NCBI GenBank assembly: GCA_945860095.1
Contig: CAMAPP010000003.1
Location: forward strand, 1-58,458
Origin: Rhizobium sp. Q54
GTDB taxonomy: Bacteria; Pseudomonadota; Alphaproteobacteria; CADEGL01
Length of the DNA stretch: 58,458 nucleotides
Direction of reading: 5' to 3'
Both the position numbers and the translations under genes were made by a program. The notes under the pieces were generated by a model. That model was given only the letters and a program-made list of their open reading frames with translations, did no database searches and was not told the origin of the DNA. Numbering within the stretch: position 1 is the first letter of the stretch; each line of letters starts with the position of its first letter. Shown here one piece after another: positions 8,790-19,292 of this stretch.

Positions 8790-9655
8790 TTTACGATCTG
8801 CTGGCTGCGCCCTTCGCCGACTACACCTTCATGCGCCGCGCACTCGTCGCCTGTTTGGCGCTGGCGATCGGCTGCGGGCCCATCGGGGTGTTTCTGGTGT
8901 TGCGGCGCATGAGCCTCATGGGCGACGCGCTGGCGCACGCGGTGCTGCCCGGCGCCGCGATCGGCTTTGTCGTCGGCGGGCTGTCCCTGCCGGCATTGAG
9001 TCTCGGCGGATTTGCGGCCGGTTTGGCGGTCGCGCTGTTCGCGGGCTTGATCGCGCGCGTGACGCGCCTGCGCGAGGACGCGAGCCTCGCGGGCACCTAT
9101 CTGATCGCGCTGGCCGCGGGCGTGCTGATCGTCGTGTCGCAAGGCTCGTATGTCGATCTCGTCCATATTTTGTTCGGCACCATTCTCGCGGTCGATGACG
9201 GGGCGCTGCTGCTCGTCGCCGGGATTTCGACCGTCACCGTCTTCGGCCTCGCGGTGCTGTACCGGGCCTTGGTGATCGAGTGCTTCGATCCCGGCTTCCT
9301 GCGCGCGGTCGGCGCGTCTGGCTCGCTGGTCCATCTCGGGTTCCTGGTGCTCGCGGTACTGAACCTCGTCGCCGGGTTCCAGGCGCTCGGCACGCTGCTC
9401 TCGCTCGGCCTTCTGCTTCTGCCTGCCGCCGCAGCCATGTTCTGGGCGGTCGCGCTGCCGCGCCTCATTCTGCTCTCGGCGGCCTTCGGCGCGGTCGCGG
9501 GCTATGTCGGCCTGCTGGCGTCCTATCACGCGGATTTGCCCTCCGGCCCGGCGATCGTGCTGGCGGCGGGCGCCATCTATCTCGTATCGCTCGCGGCGGG
9601 GCGGCACGGTTCGCTGCGCGCGCGGTATATGCCGCGGCTCCATATGGCGTCGTGA
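8786..9655 (+). CDS. Zn/Mn ABC transporter permease (AztB/ZnuB-like)
   Basis: RRMSLMGDALAHAVLPG and DLPSGPAIV motifs; GTGA overlap with the ATPase stop. Confidence 0.92.
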   Translation: MIYDLLAAPFADYTFMRRALVACLALAIGCGPIGVFLVLRRMSLMGDALAHAVLPGAAIGFVVGGLSLPALSLGGFAAGLAVALFAGLIARVTRLREDASLAGTYLIALAAGVLIVVSQGSYVDLVHILFGTILAVDDGALLLVAGISTVTVFGLAVLYRALVIECFDPGFLRAVGASGSLVHLGFLVLAVLNLVAGFQALGTLLSLGLLLLPAAAAMFWAVALPRLILLSAAFGAVAGYVGLLASYHADLPSGPAIVLAAGAIYLVSLAAGRHGSLRARYMPRLHMAS

Positions 9656-10638
9656 GCACGCGCCGGAAGATTTTCTGGCGGCGCGCGGCCATGCTGTGCG
9701 CCGGGCTATGGGCGATGGGTGTTGCGCCCGCCCTGGCCCAAGCCCCCGCTTCGGCCCAAGCCCCCGTCTTGGGTCAAACAAAGCCCGTCTTGGATCAGAC
9801 AAAGGTCGTCGCCAGTTTCAGCGTGCTCGCCGACATGGTGCGCGCGGTCGGCGGCGACAAGGTCGCGGTCGCCGCCCTCGTCGGCCCCGATGCCGATGCC
9901 CATGTGTTTCAGCCCTCGCCCTCCCACGGCAAATTCGTGGCCGGCGCCGCGCTCGTTGTCGTCAACGGCCTCGGCTTCGAGGGCTGGCTCGACCGCCTGA
10001 TCAAGGCGTCCGGCTATCGCGGCGCGGTTCTGGTTGCGAGCGACGGCGTCGCCACCATCGCGGCTCCGCCCGGCCACGCGCACGGTCCGACGCGCGGCGC
10101 CAAGCCGCCGCCCGATCCCCATGCCTGGCAGGATTTGCGCAACGGCCAAATCTACGTGCGCAATATCGTGGCGGGTCTCATCAAGGCCGATCCGGCGAAC
10201 GCCGATCACTACCGCGCCAATGGCGAGAAATACTTCGCCGAACTCGCCGCGCTCGACCGCTGGGCGCACGAGGAATTGGACGCCATTCCCAAGGACAAGC
10301 GCAAGGTCATTTCCTCGCACGACGCCTTCGGTTATTTCGCCGCCGCTTATGGCGTCACCTTCCTTTCGCCCGTCGGCGTCTCGACCGAGAAGGAGCCTAC
10401 GCCCAAGGACGTGGCGCGGCTCATCGCCCAGATGAAACGCGAAGAGGTGAGGGCTGTGTTCGTCGAGAACATGACCGATCCCCGCCTCGTCGCCCAAATC
10501 GCGAAGGAAGCGGGCGGCGCCGTCGGCGGCACGTTGTATGCCGATGCCTTGTCGAAGCCGGATGGCCCGGCAGGCAGCTACGTGGCGATGTTCCGCCACA
10601 ATGTGGCGGCGGTGCGCGCGGCGATGGCGCGCAACTGA
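9652..10638 (+). CDS. Zn/Mn ABC substrate-binding protein (AztC/ZnuA-like)
   Basis: DAHVFQPSP, DPHAWQD and SHDAFGYF metal-ligand motifs; signal peptide; GTGA coupling. Confidence 0.92.
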   Translation: MSTRRKIFWRRAAMLCAGLWAMGVAPALAQAPASAQAPVLGQTKPVLDQTKVVASFSVLADMVRAVGGDKVAVAALVGPDADAHVFQPSPSHGKFVAGAALVVVNGLGFEGWLDRLIKASGYRGAVLVASDGVATIAAPPGHAHGPTRGAKPPPDPHAWQDLRNGQIYVRNIVAGLIKADPANADHYRANGEKYFAELAALDRWAHEELDAIPKDKRKVISSHDAFGYFAAAYGVTFLSPVGVSTEKEPTPKDVARLIAQMKREEVRAVFVENMTDPRLVAQIAKEAGGAVGGTLYADALSKPDGPAGSYVAMFRHNVAAVRAAMARN

Positions 10639-10639
10639 G

Positions 10640-11596
10640 CTAGAGACGCTTGCCCATCAACCGGCCGAGCTCGCCCACGATGCCACGCCGGAAGGCGAGC
10701 ACGCAGACGACGAAGATGACGCCCTGTGCGATCGTGAGCCACGAGCCGAGCTGCGCCAGATAGTTCTGCATGGCGATGATTACGACCGCGCCGACCACGG
10801 GTCCGAACACGGTGCCGAGGCCGCCGAGCAGCGTCATCAGCACAACCTCGCCCGACATGCTCCAATGCACGTCGGTCAGGGACGCGAGCTGCACCACGAG
10901 CGCCTTGGTCGCGCCCGCGAGGCCCGCCAGCGAGGACGAGAGGACGAAGGCAATCAGCTTGTAGCGGTCGACCGAATAGCCGAGCGAAATGGCGCGCGGC
11001 TCGTTCTCGCGGATCGCCTTCAGCACCTGGCCGAAGGGCGAATGGATGACGCGGTATATGAATAGGAACCCGCCGAGGAAGATCGCCAGCACGACGGCGT
11101 ACAATGTCGTCGTGTCCTTGAGATCGAGCACGCCGAACATGTTGCCGAGCGGCACGGCCTGGATGCCGTCCTCGCCGCCGGTGAAGGGCGCCTGCAGGCA
11201 GAAGAAATAGACCATCTGCGACAAGGCCAGCGTGATCATGGCGAAATAGATGCCCTGGCGGCGAATGGCGATGGCGCCGAACACGGCGCCAATGCCACCC
11301 GCGGCCGCCGTGCCCGCGAGGATGGCGAGTTCCGGGGGCAGGCCCCAGACCTTGGCGGCGTGCGCCGCGACATAGCTTGCCATGCCGAAGAACGCCGCGT
11401 GGCCGAAGCTCAGCAGGCCGACATAGCCGATCAGCAGATTGAAGGCGCAGGCGAACAGCGCAAAACACATCGCCTTCATCAGGAACACGGGATAGATCGC
11501 CGCGGGCGCGGCCGCGAGCGCCACGGCCATGATCGCGAAGACGATCGCTTGGGTACGGAAGCTCGTGTCCGAGCGCGTGACGGGCGGCGCGGCCAT
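10640..11596 (-). CDS. livM: Branched-chain-type ABC permease (LivM-like)
   Basis: GLLSFGHAAFFG, TGGEDG and SPFGQVLKAIRENE motifs. Confidence 0.88.
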   Translation of the reverse strand: MAAPPVTRSDTSFRTQAIVFAIMAVALAAAPAAIYPVFLMKAMCFALFACAFNLLIGYVGLLSFGHAAFFGMASYVAAHAAKVWGLPPELAILAGTAAAGGIGAVFGAIAIRRQGIYFAMITLALSQMVYFFCLQAPFTGGEDGIQAVPLGNMFGVLDLKDTTTLYAVVLAIFLGGFLFIYRVIHSPFGQVLKAIRENEPRAISLGYSVDRYKLIAFVLSSSLAGLAGATKALVVQLASLTDVHWSMSGEVVLMTLLGGLGTVFGPVVGAVVIIAMQNYLAQLGSWLTIAQGVIFVVCVLAFRRGIVGELGRLMGKRL

Positions 11597-11598
11597 CC

Positions 11599-12486
11599 TC
11601 AGCTCCTCCGCCCGAACAGGCCCTGCGGCCGCCACAGCAGCACCAACGCCAAGATGACGAAGATCACCGTCGCCGAAGCCTCGGGATAGAACACCTTGGT
11701 CAATCCCTCGATGAGTCCGAGCAGGAAGCCGGTCACGATCGAGCCCATGATCGAACCCATGCCGCCGATCACCACCACGGCGAAGACGACGATGATGAGG
11801 TTCGAGCCCATGAGGGGGCTCACCTGATAGATGGGTGCAGCGAGCACGCCCGCGAGCGCGGCAAGCCCCACGCCGAAGCCGTAGGTCAGCGTGATCATGC
11901 GCGGCACGTTGATGCCGAAAGCCTGGACCAGGGTCGGGTTCTCGGTCGCGGCTCGCAAATAGGCCCCGAGCTTGGTGCGCTCGATCACGTACCAAGTGGC
12001 AAGACAGACGAACAGCGAAAGCGCGATCACCCAGGCGCGGTAATTGGGCAGCACCATGAAGCCGAGATTGCGCGCCCCCGTCAGGCTGTCGGGAATGACG
12101 TAGGGCAGACCCGAGGCGCCGAATTCGTTGCGGAATACACCCTCGACGATGAGCGCGATGCCGAACGTCAAAAGCAGGCCGTACAGATGATCGAGCTTGT
12201 AGAGGCGCCGGAGCATGGTGCGCTCCAGCACGATGCCGAACGCGCCGACGACCACGGGGGCGATGAACAGCGCCGCCCAATAGCCAAGGCCGAAATGCTG
12301 GAGTGCCAGCCAGGCAACGAACGCGCCCATCATGTAGAGCGCGCCGTGGCAGAAATTGATGATGTTCAAGAGACCGAAAATGACCGTAAGGCCGAGGCTG
12401 AGCAGGGCGTAGAACGAGCCGTTGATGAGGCCGATCAGCAATTGACCGAACAAGGCCTGCGGCGGGATGCCGAGCAATTCGAACAT
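11599..12486 (-). CDS. livH: Branched-chain-type ABC permease (LivH-like)
   Basis: GLLNIINFCHG, TKLGAYLRA and VIGGMGS motifs. Confidence 0.88.
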   Translation of the reverse strand: MFELLGIPPQALFGQLLIGLINGSFYALLSLGLTVIFGLLNIINFCHGALYMMGAFVAWLALQHFGLGYWAALFIAPVVVGAFGIVLERTMLRRLYKLDHLYGLLLTFGIALIVEGVFRNEFGASGLPYVIPDSLTGARNLGFMVLPNYRAWVIALSLFVCLATWYVIERTKLGAYLRAATENPTLVQAFGINVPRMITLTYGFGVGLAALAGVLAAPIYQVSPLMGSNLIIVVFAVVVIGGMGSIMGSIVTGFLLGLIEGLTKVFYPEASATVIFVILALVLLWRPQGLFGRRS

Positions 12487-12520
12487 GGCGGTGGACGTGT
12501 CCTTGGCAAGCGCGGGCGCC

Positions 12521-12544
12521 GGGGCGGGCCGGAGGGCCCGCCCC
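12521..12544. terminator. Intercistronic 10-bp GC hairpin after the SBP gene (stabiliser or attenuator)
   Basis: GGGGCGGGCC-GGAG-GGCCCGCCCC perfect stem. Confidence 0.7.
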
Positions 12545-12552
12545 GATTCGCT

Positions 12553-13770
12553 TTAGCCCTTCTTGACGAGCGGGCAGTCGCCCTTGTCGATCGGACGGAA
12601 GGCTTCCGCCGCCGGTATCGTCGCGCGCAGCTTGTAATAATCCCAAGGCTTCTTCGATTCCTCGGGCTTCTTCACCTCGAACAGATACATGTCGTGGATC
12701 TTGCGGCCGTCGGCGCGGATCGTGCCCTTGCCGAACAGGCGGTCATCGGTCGGCGTCGCCTTCATCCTCTCGACGACGGCCTTGCCGTCGGCGTCGTTCT
12801 TCAACGCCTCGAGCGATTTGAGATAATGCGTGACCGCCGAATAGACGCCGGCATGGATCATGGTCGGATGGATACCCTTGTTCGCGGCCGAAAAGCGCGC
12901 CGCGAAGGCCCGGTTCGTGTCGTTGGCGTCCCAATACCAAGCCTCGGTGAAGATCAAGCCCTGTGCGGTCTTGAGGCCGAGGGAGTGCACGTCCGTGATG
13001 AACACGAGCAGGCCGGCGAGATTCTGCCCGCCCGCGACGATGCCGAACTCGGCCGCCTGCTTGATCGAATTGACCGTGTCGCCGCCCGCGTTCGCAAGGC
13101 CGATGATCTTGGCCTTGGACGCTTGGGCTTGCAGCAGGAAGGACGAAAAGTCGGAGCTGTTCAGCGGATGACGAACCTTGCCGAGCACCTTGCCGTTCAT
13201 TTCCTTGACGACGTTTTCGGTGTCCGCCTCGAGCTGATGGCCGAAGGCGTAATCGGCGGTCAGAAAGTACCAGGTATCGCCGCCGGTCCTGACGATGGCG
13301 CGGCCCGTGCCGTTCGCCAACGCCCAGGTGTCGTAGGTCCAATGCACGGTGTTCGCCGAGCATTTCGCGCCGGTCAGGGCCGAGCTTGCCGCGCCGGAGA
13401 CAAGGAACACCTTGTTCTTCTCGCGCGTGATTTCGGTCACGGCCAAGGCGACGCCCGAATTGGGCGTATCGACGATCACGTCCACCTTGTCCACGTCGTA
13501 CCACTGGCGCGCGATGGTCGAGCCGACATCCGCCTTGTTCTGGTGGTCGGCGTTGACGATCTCGACCTTCATGCCCTTGGCAGCGGCGCCGAAGTCCTCG
13601 ACCGCGAAACGCGCGGCGAGCACGGATCCCGCGCCCGAGAGGTCGGTGTAAAGGCTCGACATATCGGTCAACACGCCGATCTTGATCGTGCCGTCGGACC
13701 ACTGCGCGTGCGCGGGGCCCGCGGCGAGGGCGAGGATGGCGGCCAAGCCGAGGCTGCGTAGGGTTTTCAT
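12553..13770 (-). CDS. Liv-family ABC substrate-binding protein
   Basis: Signal peptide; ADHQNKADVG, FLTADYAFG and IRADGRKIHDMYLFEVKKP motifs. Confidence 0.9.
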   Translation of the reverse strand: MKTLRSLGLAAILALAAGPAHAQWSDGTIKIGVLTDMSSLYTDLSGAGSVLAARFAVEDFGAAAKGMKVEIVNADHQNKADVGSTIARQWYDVDKVDVIVDTPNSGVALAVTEITREKNKVFLVSGAASSALTGAKCSANTVHWTYDTWALANGTGRAIVRTGGDTWYFLTADYAFGHQLEADTENVVKEMNGKVLGKVRHPLNSSDFSSFLLQAQASKAKIIGLANAGGDTVNSIKQAAEFGIVAGGQNLAGLLVFITDVHSLGLKTAQGLIFTEAWYWDANDTNRAFAARFSAANKGIHPTMIHAGVYSAVTHYLKSLEALKNDADGKAVVERMKATPTDDRLFGKGTIRADGRKIHDMYLFEVKKPEESKKPWDYYKLRATIPAAEAFRPIDKGDCPLVKKG

Positions 13771-13848
13771 GCTGTCTTCTCCTTTTGCGTTACCGTCATC
13801 GATCGATGTCCTTGCGTACCTGTCGTAGGCGGCGCGATGCTGGGGCGT

Positions 13849-14625
13849 CTAGACACCCAGGTATTCGTGCAGCTTGTCCATGTTGCGTGCGAGTTCCGCG
13901 CTTTCGTAGCGATCGACCACGCGGCCGCGCTCCATGACGTAATGTCGGTCGGCGAGACTCGCCGCGAAACGGAAGTTCTGCTCGACCAAAAGAATGGTGA
14001 AGCCCTCCGCCTTGAGCCGCCGGATGGTGGCGCCGATTTGCTGGATGATCACGGGCGCCAAGCCCTCGGTCGGCTCGTCGAGCAGCAGAAGCCGCGCGCC
14101 GGTGCGCAGGATGCGCCCGATGGCGAGCATCTGCTGCTCGCCGCCCGACAGCTTGGTGCCTTGGCTTGAAAGCCGTTCCTTGAGATTGGGGAACAGGGTG
14201 AAGATCGTCTCGATCGACATTCCGCCCGCGCCGACCACCGGCGGCAAGATGAGATTCTCCTCGACGTTCAGCGAGGCGAAGATGCCGCGCTCCTCCGGGC
14301 AGAAGGCGAGGCCGAGGCGCGCGATGCGGTTGGACGGCAGGGCGATGGTTTGCGTCCCCTCGAAGGCGACCGAGCCCTGGCGTTGGCCGACGATGCCCAT
14401 GATCGATTTGAGCGTCGTCGTCTTGCCCGCGCCGTTGCGCCCCAAAAGCGTCACGACCTCGCCCCGGCGCACTTCGAAATCGACGCCGTGCAGGATATGG
14501 GATTCGCCGTACCAGGCCTCGAGGCCGGAAACGGCCAGCATGACCTTGCCCTTGGCCTCGGGCGCGATTTCGCGCGTCCGAGCCGGACCCGCGTCCACCT
14601 GTTCCCTGCGCGCCGGCTCAGCCAT
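13849..14625 (-). CDS. livF: ABC ATPase (LivF-like)
   Basis: GRNGAGKT and LSGGEQQMLAIGR motifs; ATG overlaps the livG stop. Confidence 0.9.
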   Translation of the reverse strand: MAEPARREQVDAGPARTREIAPEAKGKVMLAVSGLEAWYGESHILHGVDFEVRRGEVVTLLGRNGAGKTTTLKSIMGIVGQRQGSVAFEGTQTIALPSNRIARLGLAFCPEERGIFASLNVEENLILPPVVGAGGMSIETIFTLFPNLKERLSSQGTKLSGGEQQMLAIGRILRTGARLLLLDEPTEGLAPVIIQQIGATIRRLKAEGFTILLVEQNFRFAASLADRHYVMERGRVVDRYESAELARNMDKLHEYLGV

Positions 14626-15373
14626 GGCCGGTGCCCATATAGGCCTGAACAACGTCGGGATTCTTCGACACCGCGGCGTAATCGCCCTCGGTCAGAACCT
14701 CGCCGCGCGCGAGCACGGTGATCGTGTCCGAGAGATCCGCCACGACCGTTAGATTGTGTTCGACCATCAGCACGGTGCGATTGGCCGAGACCTTCCTGAT
14801 CAATTGCACGACACGGCCCACGTCCTCGTGCGCCATGCCGGCGGTGGGCTCGTCGAGCAGCATCATTTCCGGATCGACCGCCAGGGTCGTGGCGATCTCG
14901 AGGGCGCGCTTGCGGCCATACGGCAACTCCACCGCCGTCGTCTCGGCATATTCGAGCAGGCCGACCTGGTCGAGAAGTTCGCGGGCGCGCGCGTTCAAGG
15001 AATCGAGCGCGCGCTCCGAACGCCAGAAATCGAAGGAGCGGCCGCGCCGGCGCTGCAAGGCGAGACGCACGTTCTCGCGCAGCGTCAGGTGCGGGAAGAC
15101 CGCCGAGATTTGGAACGAACGCACCAGACCCAAGCGCGCCACCGCGGCGGGCGGAGTCCGAGTGATGTCGCGGCCATTGTAAAATATGCGCCCGCGGGTC
15201 GGTGCCAGAAATTTGGTCAGCATATTGAAGCATGTCGTCTTGCCCGCGCCATTGGGGCCGATGATGGCGTGGATCGAGCCGCGCCGGACCTTGAGCGAAA
15301 CCCCGTTCACGGCGACAAAGCCGCTGAACTCGCGGGTCAGGTCATCGGTCTCGATGATGTAATCGCTGGCCAT
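14618..15373 (-). CDS. livG: ABC ATPase (LivG-like)
   Basis: GPNGAGKT, LPYGRKRALE and LLDEPTAG motifs. Confidence 0.9.
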   Translation of the reverse strand: MASDYIIETDDLTREFSGFVAVNGVSLKVRRGSIHAIIGPNGAGKTTCFNMLTKFLAPTRGRIFYNGRDITRTPPAAVARLGLVRSFQISAVFPHLTLRENVRLALQRRRGRSFDFWRSERALDSLNARARELLDQVGLLEYAETTAVELPYGRKRALEIATTLAVDPEMMLLDEPTAGMAHEDVGRVVQLIRKVSANRTVLMVEHNLTVVADLSDTITVLARGEVLTEGDYAAVSKNPDVVQAYMGTGHG

Positions 15374-15586
15374 GGCACGCTATCGGGACGCGCCGGCGCG
15401 CGCGCGCGCGGCACGCGGACGCAACGAGGCCGATGCGAAGATTCCGCCAGGCACGTCTAACTCCCTGAATCGCCGTCATTATCCGGAATACCCGGTCGCG
15501 GCTTCGAGCCCCTGAGGATGCCCCAATACTTATCGTACGACAATATCGGCGCGCGGGGTATTTCAGGGGTCGCCCGAACCCTGTCC

Positions 15587-15672
15587 CCCGCGATTGGGCC
15601 TCCCGAGATTGCGCACCCGGGATTGGTCGGCCCGGATGTCCGCCCCAGCCTTCTTGCGATCCGGCTTGCGAT
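15587..15672. repeat. Degenerate 14/15-bp repeat plus 12-bp duplication
   Basis: CCCGCGATTGGGCCT / CCCGAGATTGCGCAC / CCGGGATTGGTCGG, then CTTGCGATCCGG x2. Confidence 0.6.
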
Positions 15673-15678
15673 CCGGGC

Positions 15679-16905
15679 CTACCGCGCCATGGCGATGATC
15701 TCGATTTCCGTCATCATCCCTTCCATCGCCAGGAACTTGACCGGCACTCCGGTCGAGGCGGGACCCGGCTCGGTGTAGCGGGCGGAGCGGATGCGCTGAT
15801 TGGCCACGATGGTGTCGGGGCCCGCCGCACCGACATAGAAGGCGTTGTTCTTCACCGCGTCGTCGAGGTTCAGGCCGAAGCCGTCCAGCACCGTCGCGAT
15901 ATTGTCCATGGCGATGACGGTCTGCTTCAACAGATCGCCCTTCTCGAGCACATTGCCCTTGGCATCGAGCGCGACCTGGCCGCCGACGAAAACCATGTCG
16001 GCGCATTTGAGGCCGTGCTTGTAGGGCAAGTGAATCGGCCAATCCCAATGGCCCTGCGGCCAGACATGCTGGCGCGGCAGGCTTTTCCCGTCCTCGCCCA
16101 GCATGGCGACGAGTTCCATGCGGATCATCTCGCCGTCGGGCAGCCAGGGCACGGGCAGGCCGGTCGCGACCGGACCCGGTTCCTTGAAAAACCGTGCGCG
16201 GACCTCGGCCGCCTTTTGCCAATCGGCCGTGGTGCCCTGGCCGACATACCAGATGTTGAACTTGACCGCGTCGTCGAGCGTCGCACCGAAAGGTGCGAGC
16301 ACCTTGGCGAGATTTTGCATCACCAACTCGCTCTGGCGGACGATATCGCCCGGATGCAGCACGCGGCCCACTTCGTCGCGCGCCGATTGGGCGCCGACAT
16401 GGATCATCTGCCCGCAGCGCACCGCATGGGCCAGATTGGGCGCGCCCGTCGGCTGATGGCGGGGCGGCTCCGAATGGGATTTCGCCAGAACCTTGCCGTC
16501 GGCGCCGCGCATCGCGACCGGCTCGATCTCGACCATCATGCCGGGATAGGCAAGCCACGGCAGCGGCACCGCCGTGATCGCCGGGCGCGCGCCGGGCGGC
16601 AGCTGCGCCGCGACGTGCGCGAGGAACGCCCGTTCGTCCACCGTGCCGTCATTGACGTAGAACGCGACCAGTTTCACCACATCGGCGTGATCGGCGTCGA
16701 AGCCCGACAACACCGTGCGGATGTGTTTCATCACGGTCGCGGTCTGGGTGTTCAGGTCGTACAGGTTCAAGCACTTGCCCTTGATGTCCTTGTCCACCTG
16801 GCCGCCGACATAGATCATCGGCCCGCAACGGCAGCCGTGCTTGAACGAAAGATGGATGAGCCAGTCCCAGTGGCCGGGCGGCCAGTAATGCGAGCGCTTG
16901 AGCAT
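15679..16905 (-). CDS. Protein of three tandem RidA/YjgF-like domains (408 aa)
   Basis: Three ~135-aa repeats, each with xGGQV/GAQS, L..FG....D.VK and EIE/MEL-VAM; domains 1 and 3 share WPxGHWDW. Confidence 0.85.
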   Translation of the reverse strand: MLKRSHYWPPGHWDWLIHLSFKHGCRCGPMIYVGGQVDKDIKGKCLNLYDLNTQTATVMKHIRTVLSGFDADHADVVKLVAFYVNDGTVDERAFLAHVAAQLPPGARPAITAVPLPWLAYPGMMVEIEPVAMRGADGKVLAKSHSEPPRHQPTGAPNLAHAVRCGQMIHVGAQSARDEVGRVLHPGDIVRQSELVMQNLAKVLAPFGATLDDAVKFNIWYVGQGTTADWQKAAEVRARFFKEPGPVATGLPVPWLPDGEMIRMELVAMLGEDGKSLPRQHVWPQGHWDWPIHLPYKHGLKCADMVFVGGQVALDAKGNVLEKGDLLKQTVIAMDNIATVLDGFGLNLDDAVKNNAFYVGAAGPDTIVANQRIRSARYTEPGPASTGVPVKFLAMEGMMTEIEIIAMAR

Positions 16906-17078
16906 GGAGTTCCCCCTGTTCGGTATCGCCGGATACCGCCGGCAAGACGGTAGAAAGAATCCCCCGTGTCCGCCAGTGCCCCGGCGCGCGACGCCCGGAC
17001 AAGCGCCTGCCTCCCGTGCGCGGCGCGACGCCTTGGTGCGCGCGCCTTGAAACAAGAGCGCCGATTGAGAGTTTCATC

Positions 17079-18200
17079 GTGACGGAAAGCGCCGATTGCG
17101 TGGTCATCGGCGCGGGCGTGGTCGGCCTGGCGATCGCACGCAGGCTCGCCCTGGCGGGGCGCGAGGTCCTTATTCTGGAGGCAGCCGAGAGCTTCGGCAC
17201 CGAGATCAGCTCGCGCAATTCCGAGGTCGTTCACGCCGGCATCTATTACGCCAAGGACAGCCTGAAGGCGCGGCTGTGCGTGACCGGACGGCGCGCGCTG
17301 TACGCGTTTTGCGTCGAACGCGGCATCGCGCACAAACGCACGGCGAAGCTCATCGTGGCGACCGAGGACGCCCAGCTTCCCGCGCTCGCGCGCCTGGCCG
17401 AAACCGCGGCGGCGAACGGCGTGGACGATCTGGTGCGCCTGTCTTCGGCCGAGGCCATGGCGCTGGAGCCGGAGCTGGCATGTGTCGCGGCGCTGCTGTC
17501 GCCCTCGACGGGCGTGATCGACGGCCATGGCTTGATGCTTGCCTTGCTTTCGGAGGCCGAGGGACGCGGCGCGACCTTCGCCGCGCATGCGCCCATTCTC
17601 GGCGGGCGAATCGGCAAGGGTTTTATCGAGCTCGAAATCGGCGGGCGGCACGCGATGGATCTCCGCGCGCGCACGGTCGTGAACGCGGCGGGCCTCGGCG
17701 CGAACGCGGTGGCGCACGGTCTTGCGGGCTTTCCCGCCGCGCGCGTGCCGAGGCTGTATTACGCCAAGGGCTGCTATTACACCTTGTCGGGGATGCGCCC
17801 GCCCTTCGCGCGGCTCATCTATCCCATGCCGGTCGATGCCTGGCTTGGCATCCACGTGACGGTCGATCTCGGCGGCCAGGTGCGCTTCGGGCCGGATATC
17901 GAATTCGTCGATAGCCTCGATTACGCCGTCGATCCGGCGCGGGCCGAGCCGTTTTATCGCGCCGTGCGCAGCTATTGGCCGGCCCTGCCCGACGGCGCCT
18001 TGCAGCCGGGCTATGCCGGAATCCGCCCGCGCCTCGTGCCCAAGGGCACGCCCGCGCCCGACTTCGTCATCGAAGGCCCGGCGGCGCATGGCGTCGCGGG
18101 TCTCGTCCATCTGTTCGGCATCGAATCGCCGGGTTTGACCTCGTCTCTCGCCATCGCCGACCACGTCGCGGCGCTATTGGGCGAGGGCCACCCGGCCTAG
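17079..18200 (+). CDS. FAD-dependent oxidoreductase, L-2-hydroxyglutarate oxidase (LhgO) family
   Basis: [28 protein letters not shown] and [14 protein letters not shown] motifs. Confidence 0.88.
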   Translation: MTESADCVVIGAGVVGLAIARRLALAGREVLILEAAESFGTEISSRNSEVVHAGIYYAKDSLKARLCVTGRRALYAFCVERGIAHKRTAKLIVATEDAQLPALARLAETAAANGVDDLVRLSSAEAMALEPELACVAALLSPSTGVIDGHGLMLALLSEAEGRGATFAAHAPILGGRIGKGFIELEIGGRHAMDLRARTVVNAAGLGANAVAHGLAGFPAARVPRLYYAKGCYYTLSGMRPPFARLIYPMPVDAWLGIHVTVDLGGQVRFGPDIEFVDSLDYAVDPARAEPFYRAVRSYWPALPDGALQPGYAGIRPRLVPKGTPAPDFVIEGPAAHGVAGLVHLFGIESPGLTSSLAIADHVAALLGEGHPA

Positions 18201-19285
18201 CGTTTGGGCGACAGGCGCGTGACGTGGCCCATCTTGCGCCCCGCCAGCATCTCGTCCTTGCCGTAAAGATGCAGATGCGCGCGCTTCTGTGCGGCGAGCT
18301 TGGGCCAGGCGAGCGCGTCCTCGCCGATCAGATTCGTCATCACCGCGTTGGAATGGCGCTCAGGCGAGCCGAGCGGCAAGCCCGCGACCGCGCGGACGTG
18401 TTGTTCGAACTGGCTGGTCGGGCACGCATCGATGGTCCAGTGCCCGGAATTGTGCGGGCGCGGCGCGAGCTCGTTGGCGAGCACGCGGCCTGCGCGATCG
18501 ACGAACATCTCGACGCACAGCACGCCGACGAGGCCGAGCGCGCGCGCGCAGCGCTCGGCGATGGCGATGGCGCGGCGCGCGACCGCGCGCGGGCAAGCGG
18601 CGGGCGCGGTCGTCGTGTCGAGAATGCCGTCCTTGTGGCGATTGCGCACCGGTACGTAGGACGCGTGCCGGCCGTCGAGCGCGCGCGCCGTGACGACGGA
18701 AATCTCGTAGGCGAAATCGATCTCGGCCTCGAGCACGCCCGCGCGTCCGCCTAGGCGCTCCCAGGCTTCGGCCGCGGCCATGCGCGCGCCGATGCGCACC
18801 TGGCCCTTGCCGTCATAGCCAAGGCGCGTGGTCTTGAGAATGGCAGGCCGCCCGATGCGTTCGAGCGCCTGGGCGAGCGCGCGCGCGGACCTCACGGCCC
18901 GGAACGGCGCCACGGGCACGCCGATGGAGCGAAAGAACGCCTTCTCGCGCAGCCGGTCCTGGCTCACGCGCAGCGCGCGCACGCCCGGGCGCACCGGCAC
19001 GCGCGCGGCGATCACGGCGAGGCTCTCGAACGGCACGTTCTCGAACTCGAAGGTGCAGACATCGATCGCGGCCGCGAAGCGCGCGAGCGCCGCCTTGTCG
19101 GTATAGGCCGCGATCGTCGCTTCGGCCGAAACCTGTTCGGCCGGGCCGCCGCGCTCGGGCACGAAGACGTGGCAGCGATAGCCCAAGCGCGCCGCCGCTA
19201 GCGCCGTCATGCGTCCGAGCTGCCCGCCGCCGAGTATGCCGATGACCGAACCGGGCGCGAGCGGCGCCTTGGTGGAGCGCGCCAT
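18197..19285 (-). CDS. purK: N5-CAIR synthase
   Basis: [33 protein letters not shown] and RKMGHV motifs. Confidence 0.96.
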   Translation of the reverse strand: MARSTKAPLAPGSVIGILGGGQLGRMTALAAARLGYRCHVFVPERGGPAEQVSAEATIAAYTDKAALARFAAAIDVCTFEFENVPFESLAVIAARVPVRPGVRALRVSQDRLREKAFFRSIGVPVAPFRAVRSARALAQALERIGRPAILKTTRLGYDGKGQVRIGARMAAAEAWERLGGRAGVLEAEIDFAYEISVVTARALDGRHASYVPVRNRHKDGILDTTTAPAACPRAVARRAIAIAERCARALGLVGVLCVEMFVDRAGRVLANELAPRPHNSGHWTIDACPTSQFEQHVRAVAGLPLGSPERHSNAVMTNLIGEDALAWPKLAAQKRAHLHLYGKDEMLAGRKMGHVTRLSPKR

Positions 19286-19292
19286 GGGCGTG

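Noticed and set aside
10640-12646. 668-aa LivH-LivM fusion ORF
   Set aside because: LivH is encoded in another frame (11599-12486); the upstream 350 codons are an open shadow frame.
18197-18200. Overlapping stop codons of lhgO-like and purK (CTAG)
   Set aside because: A common convergent-gene arrangement with no further signal.
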